Below are positions 12,497 to 26,825 of a stretch of 64,000 bases of DNA, one piece after another. The notes beneath the pieces are model-generated. The model was not told the DNA's origin. It did not search any database and saw nothing but the letters and a program-made list of their open reading frames with translations. The DNA is from Adineta vaga (lineage: Eukaryota > Animalia > Rotifera). The stretch covers positions 15,934,001 to 15,998,000 of the forward strand of contig CP075492.1 in NCBI GenBank assembly GCA_021613535.1. The letters are read 5' to 3'. The position numbers and the translations under genes were made by a program. Every line of letters starts with the position of its first letter. Position 1 is the first letter of the stretch.

Positions 12497-12782
12497 TTTA
12501 TCAATAAGACAAAGATTCGAAACACGAAAAATAGATGTTTGATAAATAAATCCTACACCAAAACATTTATGAAACATCTATAGAAATATTAACTTCTTAT
12601 AGGGCCAATGAAGCAAAGAATGTAATATTTATTTTATAACCACAAGCAACCGTATAAACTGTTGAAATTCATAAAGCAAAAAAAAATGTATAACACTTAT
12701 TTCACATACTCAAACTCGTTCAAATTTTCAGCCTATGTTCATTAGAAGTATTATACTAAGCGTCCGCATCTGTTGATACAAA

Positions 12783-15700
12783 TTAAGTTTGGATAATCGA
12801 TATTTCTGGAACAATCCTTGTTCTGTATTTTGATAAAATCCACCCAATAAATTTCACCAATTTGGGTACGACAAATTTTAAGACAGTTATTAAACCACCA
12901 GTAAGTCCAAACAATGTGGTAATAATATAAAGTATCCCATTTTTCGTCTTATAAGTATAATTACATTCTCTTGGTTGACAATGACTATAATAATCTTTGA
13001 ACATAATAGTTGAATTCCATTCTTCAATCATTAACTTATCTAGAAGTTCTTTTACTGTTGAATTAACCATGTATTCATTTGTTAATGATGAATTAAGAGA
13101 CACTATGTTTATCGGTGAAGGATTCATAGAATATAATTCAATTTGATCTATACATGTTTGATTGTAAAAACATTCAAGACAAGAGTGAAGAAGTGCTTCA
13201 AAGATATAACATCCACGATATATACCAGGTACATAAAACAATGGTGTAACATCAGGATAGTTCTCTATTGTAGATGGCTCGACACATGTTGCTGAGATGT
13301 CACAGTAACAATCGGAATAGAAACGTGGACGTATACGCGCCTGTGGAACTCCGGGTCGAAAATGGAACTCGTAGTTTGTTTGAGCAGCTGAGTATAAGGC
13401 ATTGGCTTGAGTTGTACTTCTTATAACATTCAGAGAACGAAGAAAAGTATTTGTTGTCGATAATCTAAATTGTTCAACGGATGCTTCTATTTGTGGTTGA
13501 AATAATTCTAAATGTGTAACAGTTGTACTGATGTATTGATTTAGATACAATTGAGTCAAACTATCAAAGATTGTTTGATTCACTAATTGACAAGATGTAT
13601 TCAATGCTTGAAATGTAAATGTACCCGTGCGTCGAAAATCATCATTAAAAACTATATTAACTGCAGCAGAATGAGCAAGATAATCGATCCAATCTTGAGT
13701 TACAAATATACTATTACATACTTGATGTAATGTATATTTAATATGAATAAATTTTGCATAATTAGTTGATATATGTTTGCATGGACATGTGAGTGTTTGT
13801 GAATATGATGAATATAATTGTTGATATTGTTCGAAAGTAGGTGTTTTTTTAGTGTCTGTTTTTATGATCATAATTAATGAGTTGTATGTGAGGAGAAGTA
13901 GCAATGCGAGGATTAATAAGAAGATGAACAATCTTGTTGATATTCGTTCATTTTGAAGATCATGTTCATTGACGGAAGGTGGTACCGATGGGAAAAGATT
14001 GAAAGTTCGTAAAAAATGCTGTATTTTCATCCACAATACCGAAGTTGGCCGACTGATATTTGTTTCTTAAATATAAAGAACAAAACTGATGCTGCATTGG
14101 CGCGAACAATATACAAGGAACTCTTGACGATATCTGATTCTTTGAAATTCTCTCATTGTTTAAGTGTGATAGTAGAAAGCAGTAAGGGATTTGCGAGGCT
14201 ATTGATTGTTCTCATTTTCAAAGGAAATTTTTTCATTTAAGGATTTTCATATCTCACTCGAGTCTATATTATGCACAGAATCTGAATTCAGAACCGATCG
14301 ATCAGCTGAAGACATTGCTTTATTAGTCAAATGTACTATTATAAATGTATTCTTTACGCTGTCTTTCGTGTAGTCAACTACTTAATATATAGTGTATTTT
14401 AACTTTAAAAACTTTTTGCACGTTGGAGAAATTATAGAATTTTGAAACTTAGGAGACACGAGAATCAAACAATAGTAAACCGAATAGTTTTATACATGAG
14501 AGCATTTCTTTTGCATTTATTCAGTATATAGCCTTCACTTTTCTTCATAAAGAACTTCCATAGACTTCATATGTAACTAAAAACAATCAACCATCTATCA
14601 CCTATCAAAGAAAACACGAATCTTTTTTAAAATTTACCTTAACTTCAACTTCAAGGTTAAACTACAGTTGACGTGTATATCCGAATGTTAAGTATAGTCT
14701 TCGTTGAAAGACATATCACAGAAATAAAGATTGTCGAATCAATGTCTATCGAAAAGCTTATTTATAAGAAATTCAAATGTAGATATTCATCTCTATTTCG
14801 ATCAAATTCGTTTTGACGATCTTTTGTTTTCGATAATATTTGGCTCAGTAATGAAATCTCAATTCGTATTTTAATAAATATAAGTATCAACTATGTTTAT
14901 TTTCTCCTACCGTTCTCAGATTGTATTAATTGTTTTTTCCTTCGCATAAACTTAATTAATATTGGTATGATGATTTTTAAAACAGTTACTAGACCACCAA
15001 CAAGTCCAGACAGTATGGTAATAATGAGAATAAAACGGTTCTCTGTCACTTGATTATAAGTGCATTCTGTCGGTTGACATTCATTGTAATAGTTCTTGTA
15101 TGTAACCGATGGATTCCATTCTTCAATCATTAATTTTTCCAAAAGTCCTTCTATTGTTGAATTGACAATGTATTCACTTGATACTGATGAATTAAGAGTT
15201 GGGATGTTCAGTAATATATCGGATGTATAATATGATCGAAGTAGAAATATACATATTTTGTCATAAAAACATTTGAGAGTGGATTGAAAAAGTGCTTCAG
15301 TGATATAACATCCTCGATTTATGCCGGGCAGAGAAAATGAATCTTTGCTATCAATAGAATTACGAGCGAAAAATTGCCCAACACATATTGGTGAAGTATG
15401 ACAGCTGCAGTTGACATAGTGCACTGGATTTAAATGTACTGTGTTTCTTTCTTGTGATGTAGAAATATTGTAATTTGTTAACATTACAGAAAATAAAGCA
15501 TTGGCTTGAGTTGTACTTCTTATAACATTCAGAGAACGAAGAAAAGTATTTGTTGTCGATAATCTAAATTGTTCAACGGATGCTTCTATTTGTGGTTGAA
15601 ATAATTCTAAATGTGTAACAGTTGTACTGATGTATTGATTTAGATACAATTGAGTCAAACTATCAAAGATTGTTTGATTCACTAATTGACAAGATGTATT

Positions 15701-18700
15701 CAATGCTTGAAATGTAAATGTACCCGTGCGTCGAAAATCATCATTAAAAACTATATTAACTGCAGCAGAATGAGCAAGATAATCGATCCAATCTTGAGTT
15801 ACAAATATACTATTACATACTTGATGTAATGTATATTTAATATGAATAAATTTTGCATAATTAGTTGATATATGTTTGCATGGACATGTGAGTGTTTGTG
15901 AATATGATGAATATAATTGTTGATATTGTTCGAAAGTAGGTGTTTTTTTAGTGTCTGTTTTTATGATCATAATTAATGAGTTGTATGTGAGGAGGAGTAG
16001 CAATGAAAGGATTAATAAGAAGATGAACAATCTTGTTGATATTCGTTCATTTTGAAGATCATGTTCATTGACAGAGGGTGGTGCTGATTGAAATAAATTG
16101 AATGCTTTAAGATAGTTTTCTATTTTTCGAATTAATTTGGGGTCTTGTTCGCTCACTGAAATTTCTGAAAAAAGAAGAATATATTAAATTAATTATATAA
16201 ATAACAAACGTTTCTCAATAGCCTAATATTTTTCTTCAAATGTAACTATTTTATTTTCTAGAATCTACATATATATATATACTATTTACCAGAGCATAAC
16301 TTCTAGTATACAACCATTTCTGAATCCGTTCCTTCTAGACTGATTAGTATAACTTTGCTTTTTACACGGGGCTGAAATAAACTTTGTTAAACTAGCAAGG
16401 ACGAAGTTTGTTAATTGTTATAGGCGATGACTGTATTAATAATAGATAGTACCATTAATGATACAAGAATAAGTTGAATTATAATTAGTAGAATGAAATC
16501 CTAATAATAAGTTAAAACTTGTACCTAAAAATCGTGAAAAGTTCATGTTTGGAGTTCAATAAGTATGAAATGTGTATATACTGAGTTGCCATATATTTTG
16601 ATGGAACCTTGATGCTCAATATTATGTTTATATACTTTAAAATTATCTTCTGCCTGCTGCTAGACATAAGTGGTAAAGGGAAATAATATATCACAGCTAT
16701 TGAAATGACCATTCAATAGCTCAGATGTTAATCCGGTGAAGGATTTATGGTTCGATTATAAGTGATTTGGCTGTGTCCAAAGAAAAGAGATGTTTGTTTA
16801 GTATTTCTTTTAAACGTAAATAAGGACACATAAAATCATGCTGTAGTATAGTACTTTTCGTGCGCTATCTACCATAATATGAAACGATTTGAACAAGACT
16901 TATACAAGAGATGATATCTGTAAAAGAACTTGTGCAAGTTTTTTTTCCAAACATCTGTCTATAATTACAAATTAATGTGGGTGTAAGGATACTTCTGTAC
17001 TTTAGAAATATAAGAGTACGAAGATATATCAATAATTATCGAAAGAAATCTATCGAACCACAAGAAATAATATATCAGCACATGAATGTATCTAAACATT
17101 GTTTTTAATTTAGTTCATACGGATAAATTCAATATGACTAGTAGACTAAGAGATTGCTATTATATCGCATTAAGTCGATAAAAAATGACGCGAATCGAAC
17201 TTAAGCCTATGAGTCTTCATTTCACGTTCGAAATAATAATTTCATTGATCATTCTTTTCTATTTCAAAAAAGAAAACAATATTGTTTTATGTCTAAAAGT
17301 TAATTCTCGAAAAATAACAATCATGTTTATGTCAAGTCAATCAAAATTATTTGATTCGCATGTTATACAAACTTCCAAGACACAGATAAGTATCATGAAG
17401 TATTAAAAAGTACGAATAATTGCAGAAGTACAATTTCTCTCTTGTAGCTTGTGAGTTTTTATCCACAATTGTAAATATTTCAGTGACCACTTTTAAATCA
17501 CCCATACTAACCTTTATCATCCTGGGATAAAATTCATTGATCTCATCGTCTCTCATAACCATCAACCGAACAGATACATCGCATAAATACATAATAAATT
17601 ATTATTAAGTATTTATCGTAAGCATACGATGAAGAATAAGAAATATCTCCCCTTTGTTACCAGTTTAACTTTTTAAACACTATCTTTATCAATTCAGATG
17701 TACACTTAACTTAGTTTTTATCTATCTACTTGTTTACCTAGGTGAAAATTAAAATAGTAAAACTTTTCTTTGTGAAATTGTTTCAAAAATATTCTTAATG
17801 CTATACATAATGGCGTTAGATGTCATATTTAACTTTCACTAATACTACAATGTTTTTTACAAGCTATCAGTTGAAGTCGTTATTTTTCGTATGTATAACA
17901 TATCAATATTTTTTAACTATCTTACCATCTTCGGATGTTGACAATTGTTTTTTTCTTCTCACAAATTTTACCAATATGGGTACGACAAAATTTAAAACAG
18001 TTATTAAACCACCAGTAAGTCCAAACAATGTGGTAACAATATAAAGTATCCCATTTTTTGTCTTATAAGTATAATTACATTCTCTTGGTTGACAATGACT
18101 ATAATAATCTTTAAACATAATAGTTGAATTCCATTCTTCAATCATTAACTTATCTAGCAGTTCTTTTACTGTTGAATTAACCATGTATTTATTTGTTAAT
18201 GAGGAATTAAGCGATACTATGTTTATCGGTGAAGGATTCATAGAATATAATTCAATTTCATCTATACATGTTTGATTGTAAAAACATTCAAGACAAGAGT
18301 GAAGAAGTGCTTCAAAGATATAACATCCACGATATATACCAGGTACATAAAACAATGGTGTAACATCAGGATAGTTCTCTATTGTAGATGGCTTGACACA
18401 TGTTGGTGTAGTATGACACCAGCATTTGTCATACTCACGTGCATATGCGTGTAAATCGTACGTGTTATGCCAAATTCTAAACTCGTAGTTTGTTTGAGCA
18501 GCTGAGTATAAGGCATTGGCTTGAGTTGTACTTCTTATAACATTCAGAGAACGAAGAAAAGTATTTGTTGTTGATAATCTAAATTGTTCAATGAACGCTT
18601 CTATTTGTGGTTGAAATAATTCTAAATGTGTAACAGTTGTACTGATGTATTGATTTAGATACAATTGAGTCAAACTATCAAAGATTGTTTGATTCACTAA

Positions 18701-19179
18701 TTGACAAGATGTATTCAATGCTTGAAATGTAAATGTACCCGTGCGTCGAAAATCATCATTAAAAACTATATTAACTGCAGCAGAATGAGCAAGATAATCG
18801 ATCCAATCTTGAGTTACAAATATACTATTACATACTTGATGTAATGTATATTTAATATGAATAAATTTTGCATAATTAGTTGATATATGTTTGCATGGAC
18901 ATGTGAGTGTTTGTGAATATGATGAATATAATTGTTGATATTGTTCGAAAGTAGGTGTTTTTTTAGTGTCTGTTTTTATGATCATAATTAATGAGTTGTA
19001 TGTGAGGAGAAGTAGCAATGCGAGGATTAATAAGAAGATGAACAATCTTGTTGATATTCGTTCATTTTGAAGATCATGTTCATTGACGGAAGGTGGAGCA
19101 GACTGAAATAGATTTAGATTTCTAATATATTGTGCTGATTTTCTAATTAATTCGCAAAAATGTTGAGCGATAGTTGTCA
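12783..19179 (-). CDS. Multi-pass membrane protein of three tandem ~420-aa modules (TM, Cys-rich ectodomain, TM); probably one gene with exons 19179-17926, 16164-14911 and 14065-12783; first exon not located
   Basis: Each ORF begins at an AG acceptor and the first two end at phase-1 GT donors. Exons 1 and 2 are both 1254 nt, all three splice in frame, and only the last has a terminal stop. Shared motifs LTCPC, HQVCNS, GCY, CFY, C.P..C.Y. Confidence 0.7.
17400..17592 (-). pseudogene. Possible remnant of a bdelloid F-box/LRR-like gene C-terminus inside an intron
   Basis: FYPRMIKVSMGDLKVVTEIFT resembles, from memory, the 'V.Y..L..VT.NFT' C-terminal motif of that family. Short and degraded. Confidence 0.25.
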
Positions 19180-19184
19180 CTAAA

Positions 19185-19203
19185 AGAGAGAGAGAGAGAG
19201 AGA
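19185..19203 (+). repeat. (AG)n microsatellite forming the polypyrimidine tract of the acceptor at 19180 on the minus strand
   Basis: agagagagagagagagaga. Confidence 0.8.
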
Positions 19204-20469
19204 TAGAATCAAATTAAAATAAATGGTTCTTCTTGAAGAGACTTAATAATATTCTACGAAAGCGTTCAGAATATACAAAGTAGTACAAGTAAGATAGGTT
19301 CAAAGAAGAGTAACAAATTCAGAAAAACAGCTGAGATACTCCTGCATTCCCCCTGCGTTAGAGATTTTATTATTTTCTCAAGTAGCAATGGGCGAAAAAC
19401 GAGTATGCATCACGTCAGATAAGTGTCTCAAGTAGTTTTGGTAAAAAACTTTTCAGTAATACGAGTGATTCCTTTGGCTGTTTGTTTATGCATTAGAAAA
19501 CCATTATCTAGAAATCGAAAATTGCAAAGAGCAATGCAAGTTAGGTTAATTTGGAACCCAGACTATTTTTCTTTACCTCTCAGCGAATACTTTATTATGC
19601 ATTCGGACTCAAATTAGAGAATGATTAAACATTTGTCTTTTCACGAATGTCACCTTTGCAAAAGATAAGTGATTGAAAAAACATCATTTTAAACTGTCAT
19701 ATATATAAATAGATTTCTAGATCGATCTCTTCGTGGTGAAAGAAATCTTGCCACTACAAATCACAATAAAGAGAGAGATTTCCTCGCATATATTTCCTCC
19801 AAAAGTGCAACAAGTATGAAGGATATTATTTTTAAAGCTGAAAAGAATTTGAGGCAAATTTCTCCAAGCAAGGGGGGGAGGGGATGGCGTATTCTCCTCA
19901 ATCTTTCTCTGGTCGCACCACAACTGATAGAGGGTGATTGCTAATGTAAGAATACTTTACAACTAAATCTCATCAACAGGTACGGGAAAGTTCACGCCGT
20001 CAACGTTGGAAAGAGATTGCGAACAGAAAAAGAAGTTTTTTTTGTCGACGGTCCAGGGTGAAGTGAGTCGAAACGATGAATGTTACTTGTTTTATTTTCG
20101 TCTTTGAGGAGCATTCTTATTGATAACAGTTAAAGTCACAATCCTGGTTAAATATTTTTTTCTATGACTTAATCTCATGTCAGATGAAATATTAATAACC
20201 GTAATTGAATCAGGCTTCACGCGTGTAACTACTGGTTTGAAAGAGTTAAAATATCCTAAAAAAGTGACATAGTACTAATTAGAAATTTGGATGTGAATCT
20301 GAGGAAAAAGTGTTGATCTTATGAAAATGTTGAATAACGATATATATATATATGGGTTGATATGGATATACTAATTTATCTTTCTCTCAAATGTATCCAT
20401 CATCAGTCACCTTCATTTCCACCGATACATACATCCACTACCAGGATAATTAGTTGCCTCATAACGATA

Positions 20470-20530
20470 TCTTGAAATTTTTCAAAGTTTCATCTGATCG
20501 ATCTGGTAAATTACACTCACACCCTCAAGA
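20470..20530. repeat. Telomere-like hairpin element (right arm intact, left reduced to TCTTGA)
   Basis: TCTTGA...TTACACTCACACCCTCAAGA. Confidence 0.6.
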
Positions 20531-21497
20531 CTAGTTAAAATAATAATAATTGATGTAAAAGAAAAATAAATCGTTACTTTTTCTATGCATTGTCTTTTAT
20601 GGAATTAACATAAACAAGATTCTTTGCCAATCATATTATAAGCTAATCACCAGCCAAATAATCTTAAAGCGGCAGAAGAAGTATTTTGTAGTGTGCTGTT
20701 TTTTCCAACGAATAATATGATTCGTCTGAATGAATATTTCAATGTAACTGTTTTTTAATTTTATACAATGGACACAACATATAAATAAAAACAACAAGTT
20801 TCCCTCATTTTTAAACGTTAGTTATGAATGACAATAGTAAATATGTAATATATGATAGAAATGTTGAAACATATTTGGTAGGATGCGGAAGTAAACTATT
20901 TTAACCGGCATTTTATGTGTTTTTTGTTAAAAAAATACTGAAAATCAGCATTTTCTGAAGGAAATATAACGTTTCCTGAAAGAGAACAACATTCATTAGC
21001 ACAAAGTGTCTTGGCATACTGCTATGAATTTGGAAAGGCAAACCGATATCGACGAGGCCTATTATCAAATACATATTTTGTTCAATTGAATATTCTTTTC
21101 TGCTAAAGTTAATATTTGTCTCATATCTACAGAGTGATAGTGAGAATATACATATGGATACTCTCGCCAGTCATCGGGACTCACTTGCACGTACACACTA
21201 GAAATTTTGATATTCGTTTTTTTTGACGTTTTAACATCCATTCATTGTAAACACTGTTGTGATTAGTGAAAAGTGTTCAATATAACAGGGTGATCATATT
21301 CGAAGAAGTTATGCAAACATCAATTAGAAAGTCATTTTTATTACTTGTCATGCCCGCGTTTAAGTACTTTTTATTATCTCATTGCCAGATGAATATTTTA
21401 TAAAACTTCAAATGTCTGATTATTTATTATATTTTTTAATAAGTTTTCATCAAAACAGAATTGCTCATCAAACATCATTTGGTCATTAAAAATCATT

Positions 21498-22983
21498 TTA
21501 ATCAAGATCGATATCAAACTTTTGTACACGATTATTTCCAGAATCGACAACATAGAGATTGCCTTTTCGGTCGAATGATAAATCAGAAGGTTTATATAAC
21601 TGATTAGGTAAGCATCCTATTCCATTGTCACCAACAACAACACTACCTTCTGTTGCATTTACCGACCAGCGCATAATTCGATTATTCCAATAGTCAGCTA
21701 TATAAATATTACCAAAACTATCGACAGTTAGTCCTAGAGGCCGACTCATCTGCTGGAGACTGTTACCAGTACCGTGCCCACCAGCAACAACAACACCTTC
21801 TTTTGCACCTCTTTTCCATTTCACCACATGGTCAATGTACATATCAGATACATAAAGTGAATAATCTTGGTCAACAAAGATATGAGAAGGATGCACAAAT
21901 TGATTCAGATTGCTTCCCCTCCCATATTTACCTGCTATAATTGCTCTATAGTATATATCTTTCCTTTTCCATCGAGTTATTTGACAGTTCGCAAAATCAG
22001 AGACATAAAGATCTCCATTGTTATCCATTGCTACACTGTGACAGTAAATACCTGAAATGACTATGTGTCCATTTGTTCCATTTTGACGAGACCATCGTAC
22101 TACACGTTGATTTCTCCAATCACAAATGATGAGAGAATTATTCTCGTAATCAATAGTCGCATCTGTTGGACGATCCAATTGATCCATTCGATTTCCACGC
22201 TCATTTCCACCAGCAACAATTTGACTACTATTTGAACTAATTCTCCATTCAACAACACGATCATTCTCTTCCTCTGTGAAATAAACTCTTTTACCATCAT
22301 CATCAACACATATCGCATAAGGTGAAAACAAGTTATGTGAATCATCTCCTTTCTGATTTTTCAAAACAATGCTCGATCCATTCTGTTTCCATTTCTTTTT
22401 GTTATTAACTAGAATAAAGAAAAGTGATCCTTCTATTTACAAAAATAAGTAAAAGATTAAAAAAGGAAATCTGTACTTGAGCGTGTAAGAGTATGGATGT
22501 GAATGTCTCTCTTTTACACACACCCACGCTCTATCCAAACGCAGAAATATACCTGTAGTTGTTGCTGTTTCAGTTGTTGCTTTTACTGTATTAGTCACCA
22601 TTTGTGCCGTTGTCATTGATACTATTATAGTTGTCGTTATTGTTGTTGATATCGTTTGTGATATAGTCTCTTTCTTGATTCTCATTAATATTATTATTGC
22701 AATAATAATTCCTAATATAATCAAAATAGTAACACATATTATCCATATTAATTGTCTTCTTCCTAAACATTCACATCTATAATCAATGAAATCTTTTATT
22801 AAATTACTTATTAGGATTCACAAGGTACATACAATGTTCTCGATTGAATATTTGATCTTACTATTCTTGAGTTACATTTAGTTTGTTCAAACTAAAATAG
22901 TAAAACGAAATGATGATTAACTTTCGTGATATTTTCTCAATATAATATCTTACATTAGAAACACCTATTTTGTTGGAATTCAT
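21498..22983 (-). CDS. Type II membrane protein: short N-terminus, TM, Thr-rich stalk, NHL beta-propeller (4 exons)
   Basis: ATG at 22983 (MNSNKIGVSN), small exons, TM (LIWICVTILIILGIIIAIIILM), Thr-rich stalk, NHL exon ending LYVVDSGNNRVQKFDID. Confidence 0.8.
22476..22533. repeat. Telomere-like hairpin element inside an intron
   Basis: CTTGAGCGTG...CACACACCCACGCTC; both arms carry the same compensatory change. Confidence 0.65.
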
Positions 22984-23404
22984 TATTGATATTGAATAAT
23001 ACTATAATACTCTTACAATCTGAAATCTAGCATAAAAATTAGAAAAGAGAAAATACGCAAAAATATTTTTATTTTATAAATATTTAATCATATTTAATAT
23101 TAAACTACTAAAGAAAAAAACCAATCTTTCATGCATTTCTGTCTATCAAAAATTGAATAAAAATGTAACATATTGACGTGTTTTTCGTACGTTTTATAGA
23201 AATATCTATTTCTTTTTCTTTTCTTGTGAATAAATATCTACGCTTATTGTTGATCTTTACATAAATGAATTTCTAACTTTTATACGTAGATTAACATCTG
23301 TCTTTTATTAGCTTTTTCTTCAAATGTATTGTATGCTGCGATTATAATCACATGAATGTAGAAAAAAAGATGCATAAATTGAATTTGATTAGAAGTATTG
23401 AAAA

Positions 23405-23470
23405 TTGAGGGTGTGAGTGTGATAGTTGTCTCTCTACATCATTACTCACACCCACCACACGATTATCCTC
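23405..23470. repeat. Telomere-like hairpin element, with an extra right-arm-like CACACGAACCTCAAGA at 23587-23602
   Basis: TTGAGGGTGTGAGTGTGAT...ATCATTACTCACACCC. Confidence 0.7.
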
Positions 23471-24621
23471 ACAAGCTATAAGGCGAATATTTTCGTTTGT
23501 GATGAAATGTCCATAACAATTCATTGTATTATTTTCTGATACAGAAGTTACTTCTTTGATGAGTCCAAAATTCTTCAAAAATTCTTCACACGAACCTCAA
23601 GATATATAATTTCACCCATATGAATCCATCTCCTTTTCAATAAAGTCTCCGTCGAGACTTTCACATTGAATGTTCATTCGATTTTAATCGTCATCCAAAA
23701 AAGCGAGTTATTAGCGTTATCTTTTGTTTCGATTTTTTCGAACGACGCCTCAACTTTTTCACAATTTCGGTCGCTTTGTATGCATAAAAGGAGAGACAGA
23801 GAGATAAGACTATAGGAGAAAAACCTAGAACTTTTGTTCTTATATCTCATATATGCTACCTATGAACATGCAAACGAACAAAAAACTGATTTTAGTCATT
23901 ATGTAGTGATACAAAGAAGAGAACGATAAATAATCCACAGAAATGACGTAGACATCATTAAATGCATTTTTTCCTAGAAGGTAAGTGTTCATAAAAATGA
24001 GTATCTAGATAAGTTTTCCAAAATAGCTGAGTTGTATTGAATGTGTTAAGAACAAAATATTTCTAACAATCAATATGTTATTCTTCTCAATGTACGCTAT
24101 ACAGTATTTTATATCGTTCTCTTACTTTCTCTTTTTCTACTTTTCTAAATAATTTACTATTGTATGTTATTCAGGAAAGGTTTTTTCATTGATACAACAT
24201 AACAATTCACATCTAACCGTATTTTATTCAAAACTAACTTTAAAAAAGGAAATAAGATTAATATTTCTGTTAATATAGACGTTTTTGTTCGCAATATTAC
24301 AACATTCTGAACTGATTATTTAAGATAATACTTGTTTTTATTTGGCTCACACAAAATAACTTCTATTTAATTCATAATAAGTGAGGAAATATATATCAGA
24401 ATAAATCAAAATTTTATTTTAACAATATGTTGTTTTTATTTACATCGATAAATTAATGAAATATATCAAATTTCATAAACACAATAACAATATTCAATGA
24501 AGGATAATTTATTTTTCATATAATTACATCAATTTTGATCAATGATCTTTGAACAGAAAAAAACGTTGTTTTCTTGATTTTAAGATTGCAAAAATATTCA
24601 GGTTTGGATAGAGAAACATCT

Positions 24622-26445
24622 ATGAACATCAATAATAAAGTTGCGGATTATTATGTAATGTATTAAATATAAAGAAAATAATCTTTTTTTTATTTTTCAA
24701 TATTTTAGTCTACAGTAGTTAACTCTAATACAACACGATTACGAAGATTGTATGTAAATATTATAAAATATAAAAGATTATTAAAAGAAATTTTTATTTT
24801 AGATGCGAATATTTTCGAAAAAGAAAACTAGTTTGGATAATATTTTCTACTATTTTTATTGTTGTAATAATAGTTATTCCAACAATTACTGTTACGGGAA
24901 ACAAAAGTGAAAGAGAAAAAACATCAACAACAAAGATAACAACAACAAAAACAACATCATCATCATCATCGTCAACACTATTAACAACTACAACTACATC
25001 ATCAATAACAACATCAACAGTATCGACAACAACAACGTCGTCAGCAGCAGCGGCAACAACAATAAGCGGTATGATTTTGTTAAAACTAGTGGGTTCCGAA
25101 ATATCGTCACTGGCGAATATTCTGTTGGCGAAAGTGCTATTGATACGAACGTCCCGCGACCCAAACTATTTAGTTTCTCATTTGAAATGAATCGTCAACG
25201 ACAAATTAGTTTTTCTTTATTCAATCATAGATATTTTATTCGAATAATCAGATAAAGTAGTTTATTCTACGATGTCAATAGTCATACATACATTATACCT
25301 CCATAGAATAGTATCGGAAGGCTCACTGAAAGATCAATCAGAATGTAGTATTCAGCTCACAGTTCATCCATCTACATTCACATCTATATTCTCGTGATTT
25401 ACGTGAAATGGCATTGGAATGTGCTGTTGAATAAAAGAAAATATGTTTTATTTTTAAGAAATAATTTTTATATGAAAAGAAAACAAATTGGAATATTTTT
25501 AAATGTTCCATAGAACAATTATTATCTTCTGCTATCAATAATAACAATATGAAATGGATACAAAATGGAGTTACTATTGCCGGAGGAAACGAACGGGGAA
25601 ATCAATTAAATCAATTAAATCTTCCTCGTGGTATTTATATTTATGATGATGATCACAGTATTTGTATTGCTGACGCTCAAAACTATCGTATTGTTAGATG
25701 GAAATTTGGCGGAGATAAAGGTGAAATTGTTGCAGGTGGAAATGGAGAAGGAAGTGCACTAGATCAATTGGGTTTTCCAACAGATGTAATTCGTGATAAA
25801 GAGAAGAAACATCTCATCATTTGTGATGCGCTCAACAAGCGAATTGTACAATGGTCTCGTCAAAACAGTCAGAATCAACAAATATTGATACGTACTTTTT
25901 TTTGCTGGGGTTTAGCAATGGATAGTAATGGAGATCTTTATATTTCTGACAGGGAAAGACATCAAGTTGTACGTTGGCAACAAGGAGATTCTGAAGGTAC
26001 AATTGTAGCAGGTGGGAATAAAGGAGGACTTGATTTTAATCAACTCAGTGATCCTAGGCATATCTTCGTCGATGAATATTATTCAGTTTACGTTGCAGAT
26101 TATAATAACCATCGTGTGATAAAATGGATGAAAAATGCGACTGAAGGCATTCTTATCGCTCCAGGACATATTTCTTACGAAAACCCTTCTTTACTGAATC
26201 AACCCATGAGCACGATTGTTGATCATATGGGTAATATTTATGTGGCAAGTCAACCTGATTCACAAATAAAACGTTGGTCGCCAGGTGCAATGAAAGGTAC
26301 TCCTGTCGTTGGTGAAATCATAGGTGGATTCGCATCCACGCAGCTCGGAGCCCCATACGATTTATCATTTGATCGACAGGGTAATCTTTATATTGTTAAT
26401 GGAATCAACTATGAAATAAAAAAATTTCTCATTGACCGTGACTGA
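24622..26445 (+). CDS. Type II membrane protein: TM, Ser/Thr-rich stalk, NHL beta-propeller (4 exons)
   Basis: ATG at 24622 (MNINNKVADYY), exon with RKRKLVWIIFSTIFIVVIIVIP and a poly-T/S stalk, NHL exon 25514-26445. Same exon plan as the divergently oriented gene at 21498-22983. Confidence 0.8.
25091..25162. mobile_element. 72-bp intronic MITE with probable 8-bp target-site duplication
   Basis: Ends GGGTTCCG / CGCGACCC, internal GGCGAA repeats, flanks AAACTAGT and AAACTATT. Confidence 0.5.
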
Positions 26446-26763
26446 AACAAGTTTTTGATGATAAAATGGCTTTTAATATATAATTTATTTCTGTCACTTT
26501 TTTATTTTCTTTCATTAACAACGATCATAGTTCATTAGAAATATAAACCATCTCATTTATCATTCAACTTGTAGATAGTCTTTTCAGATTTCTTTGTTTT
26601 TTCGTTTATTTCAATGATTTTTTTGTTAATCGACACACAATACAAAGTCTCAATAAAAAACCTCACATGATTTGTTTTCGAAGTAAAAATAGATTAAAAT
26701 ATGCTAGAGATTTTGAAAGAACTATTTTTTGATAATATAAGCATGAGGAAACGATATTAATAT

Positions 26764-26825
26764 TCTTGAGGGTGTGGGCGAGGGTATAAATATGTAATCT
26801 TTATGTACACTCACTCATACCCTCA
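26764..26825. repeat. Telomere-like hairpin element
   Basis: TCTTGAGGGTGTGGGCGAGGGTATA...TGTACACTCACTCATACCCTCA. Confidence 0.8.
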
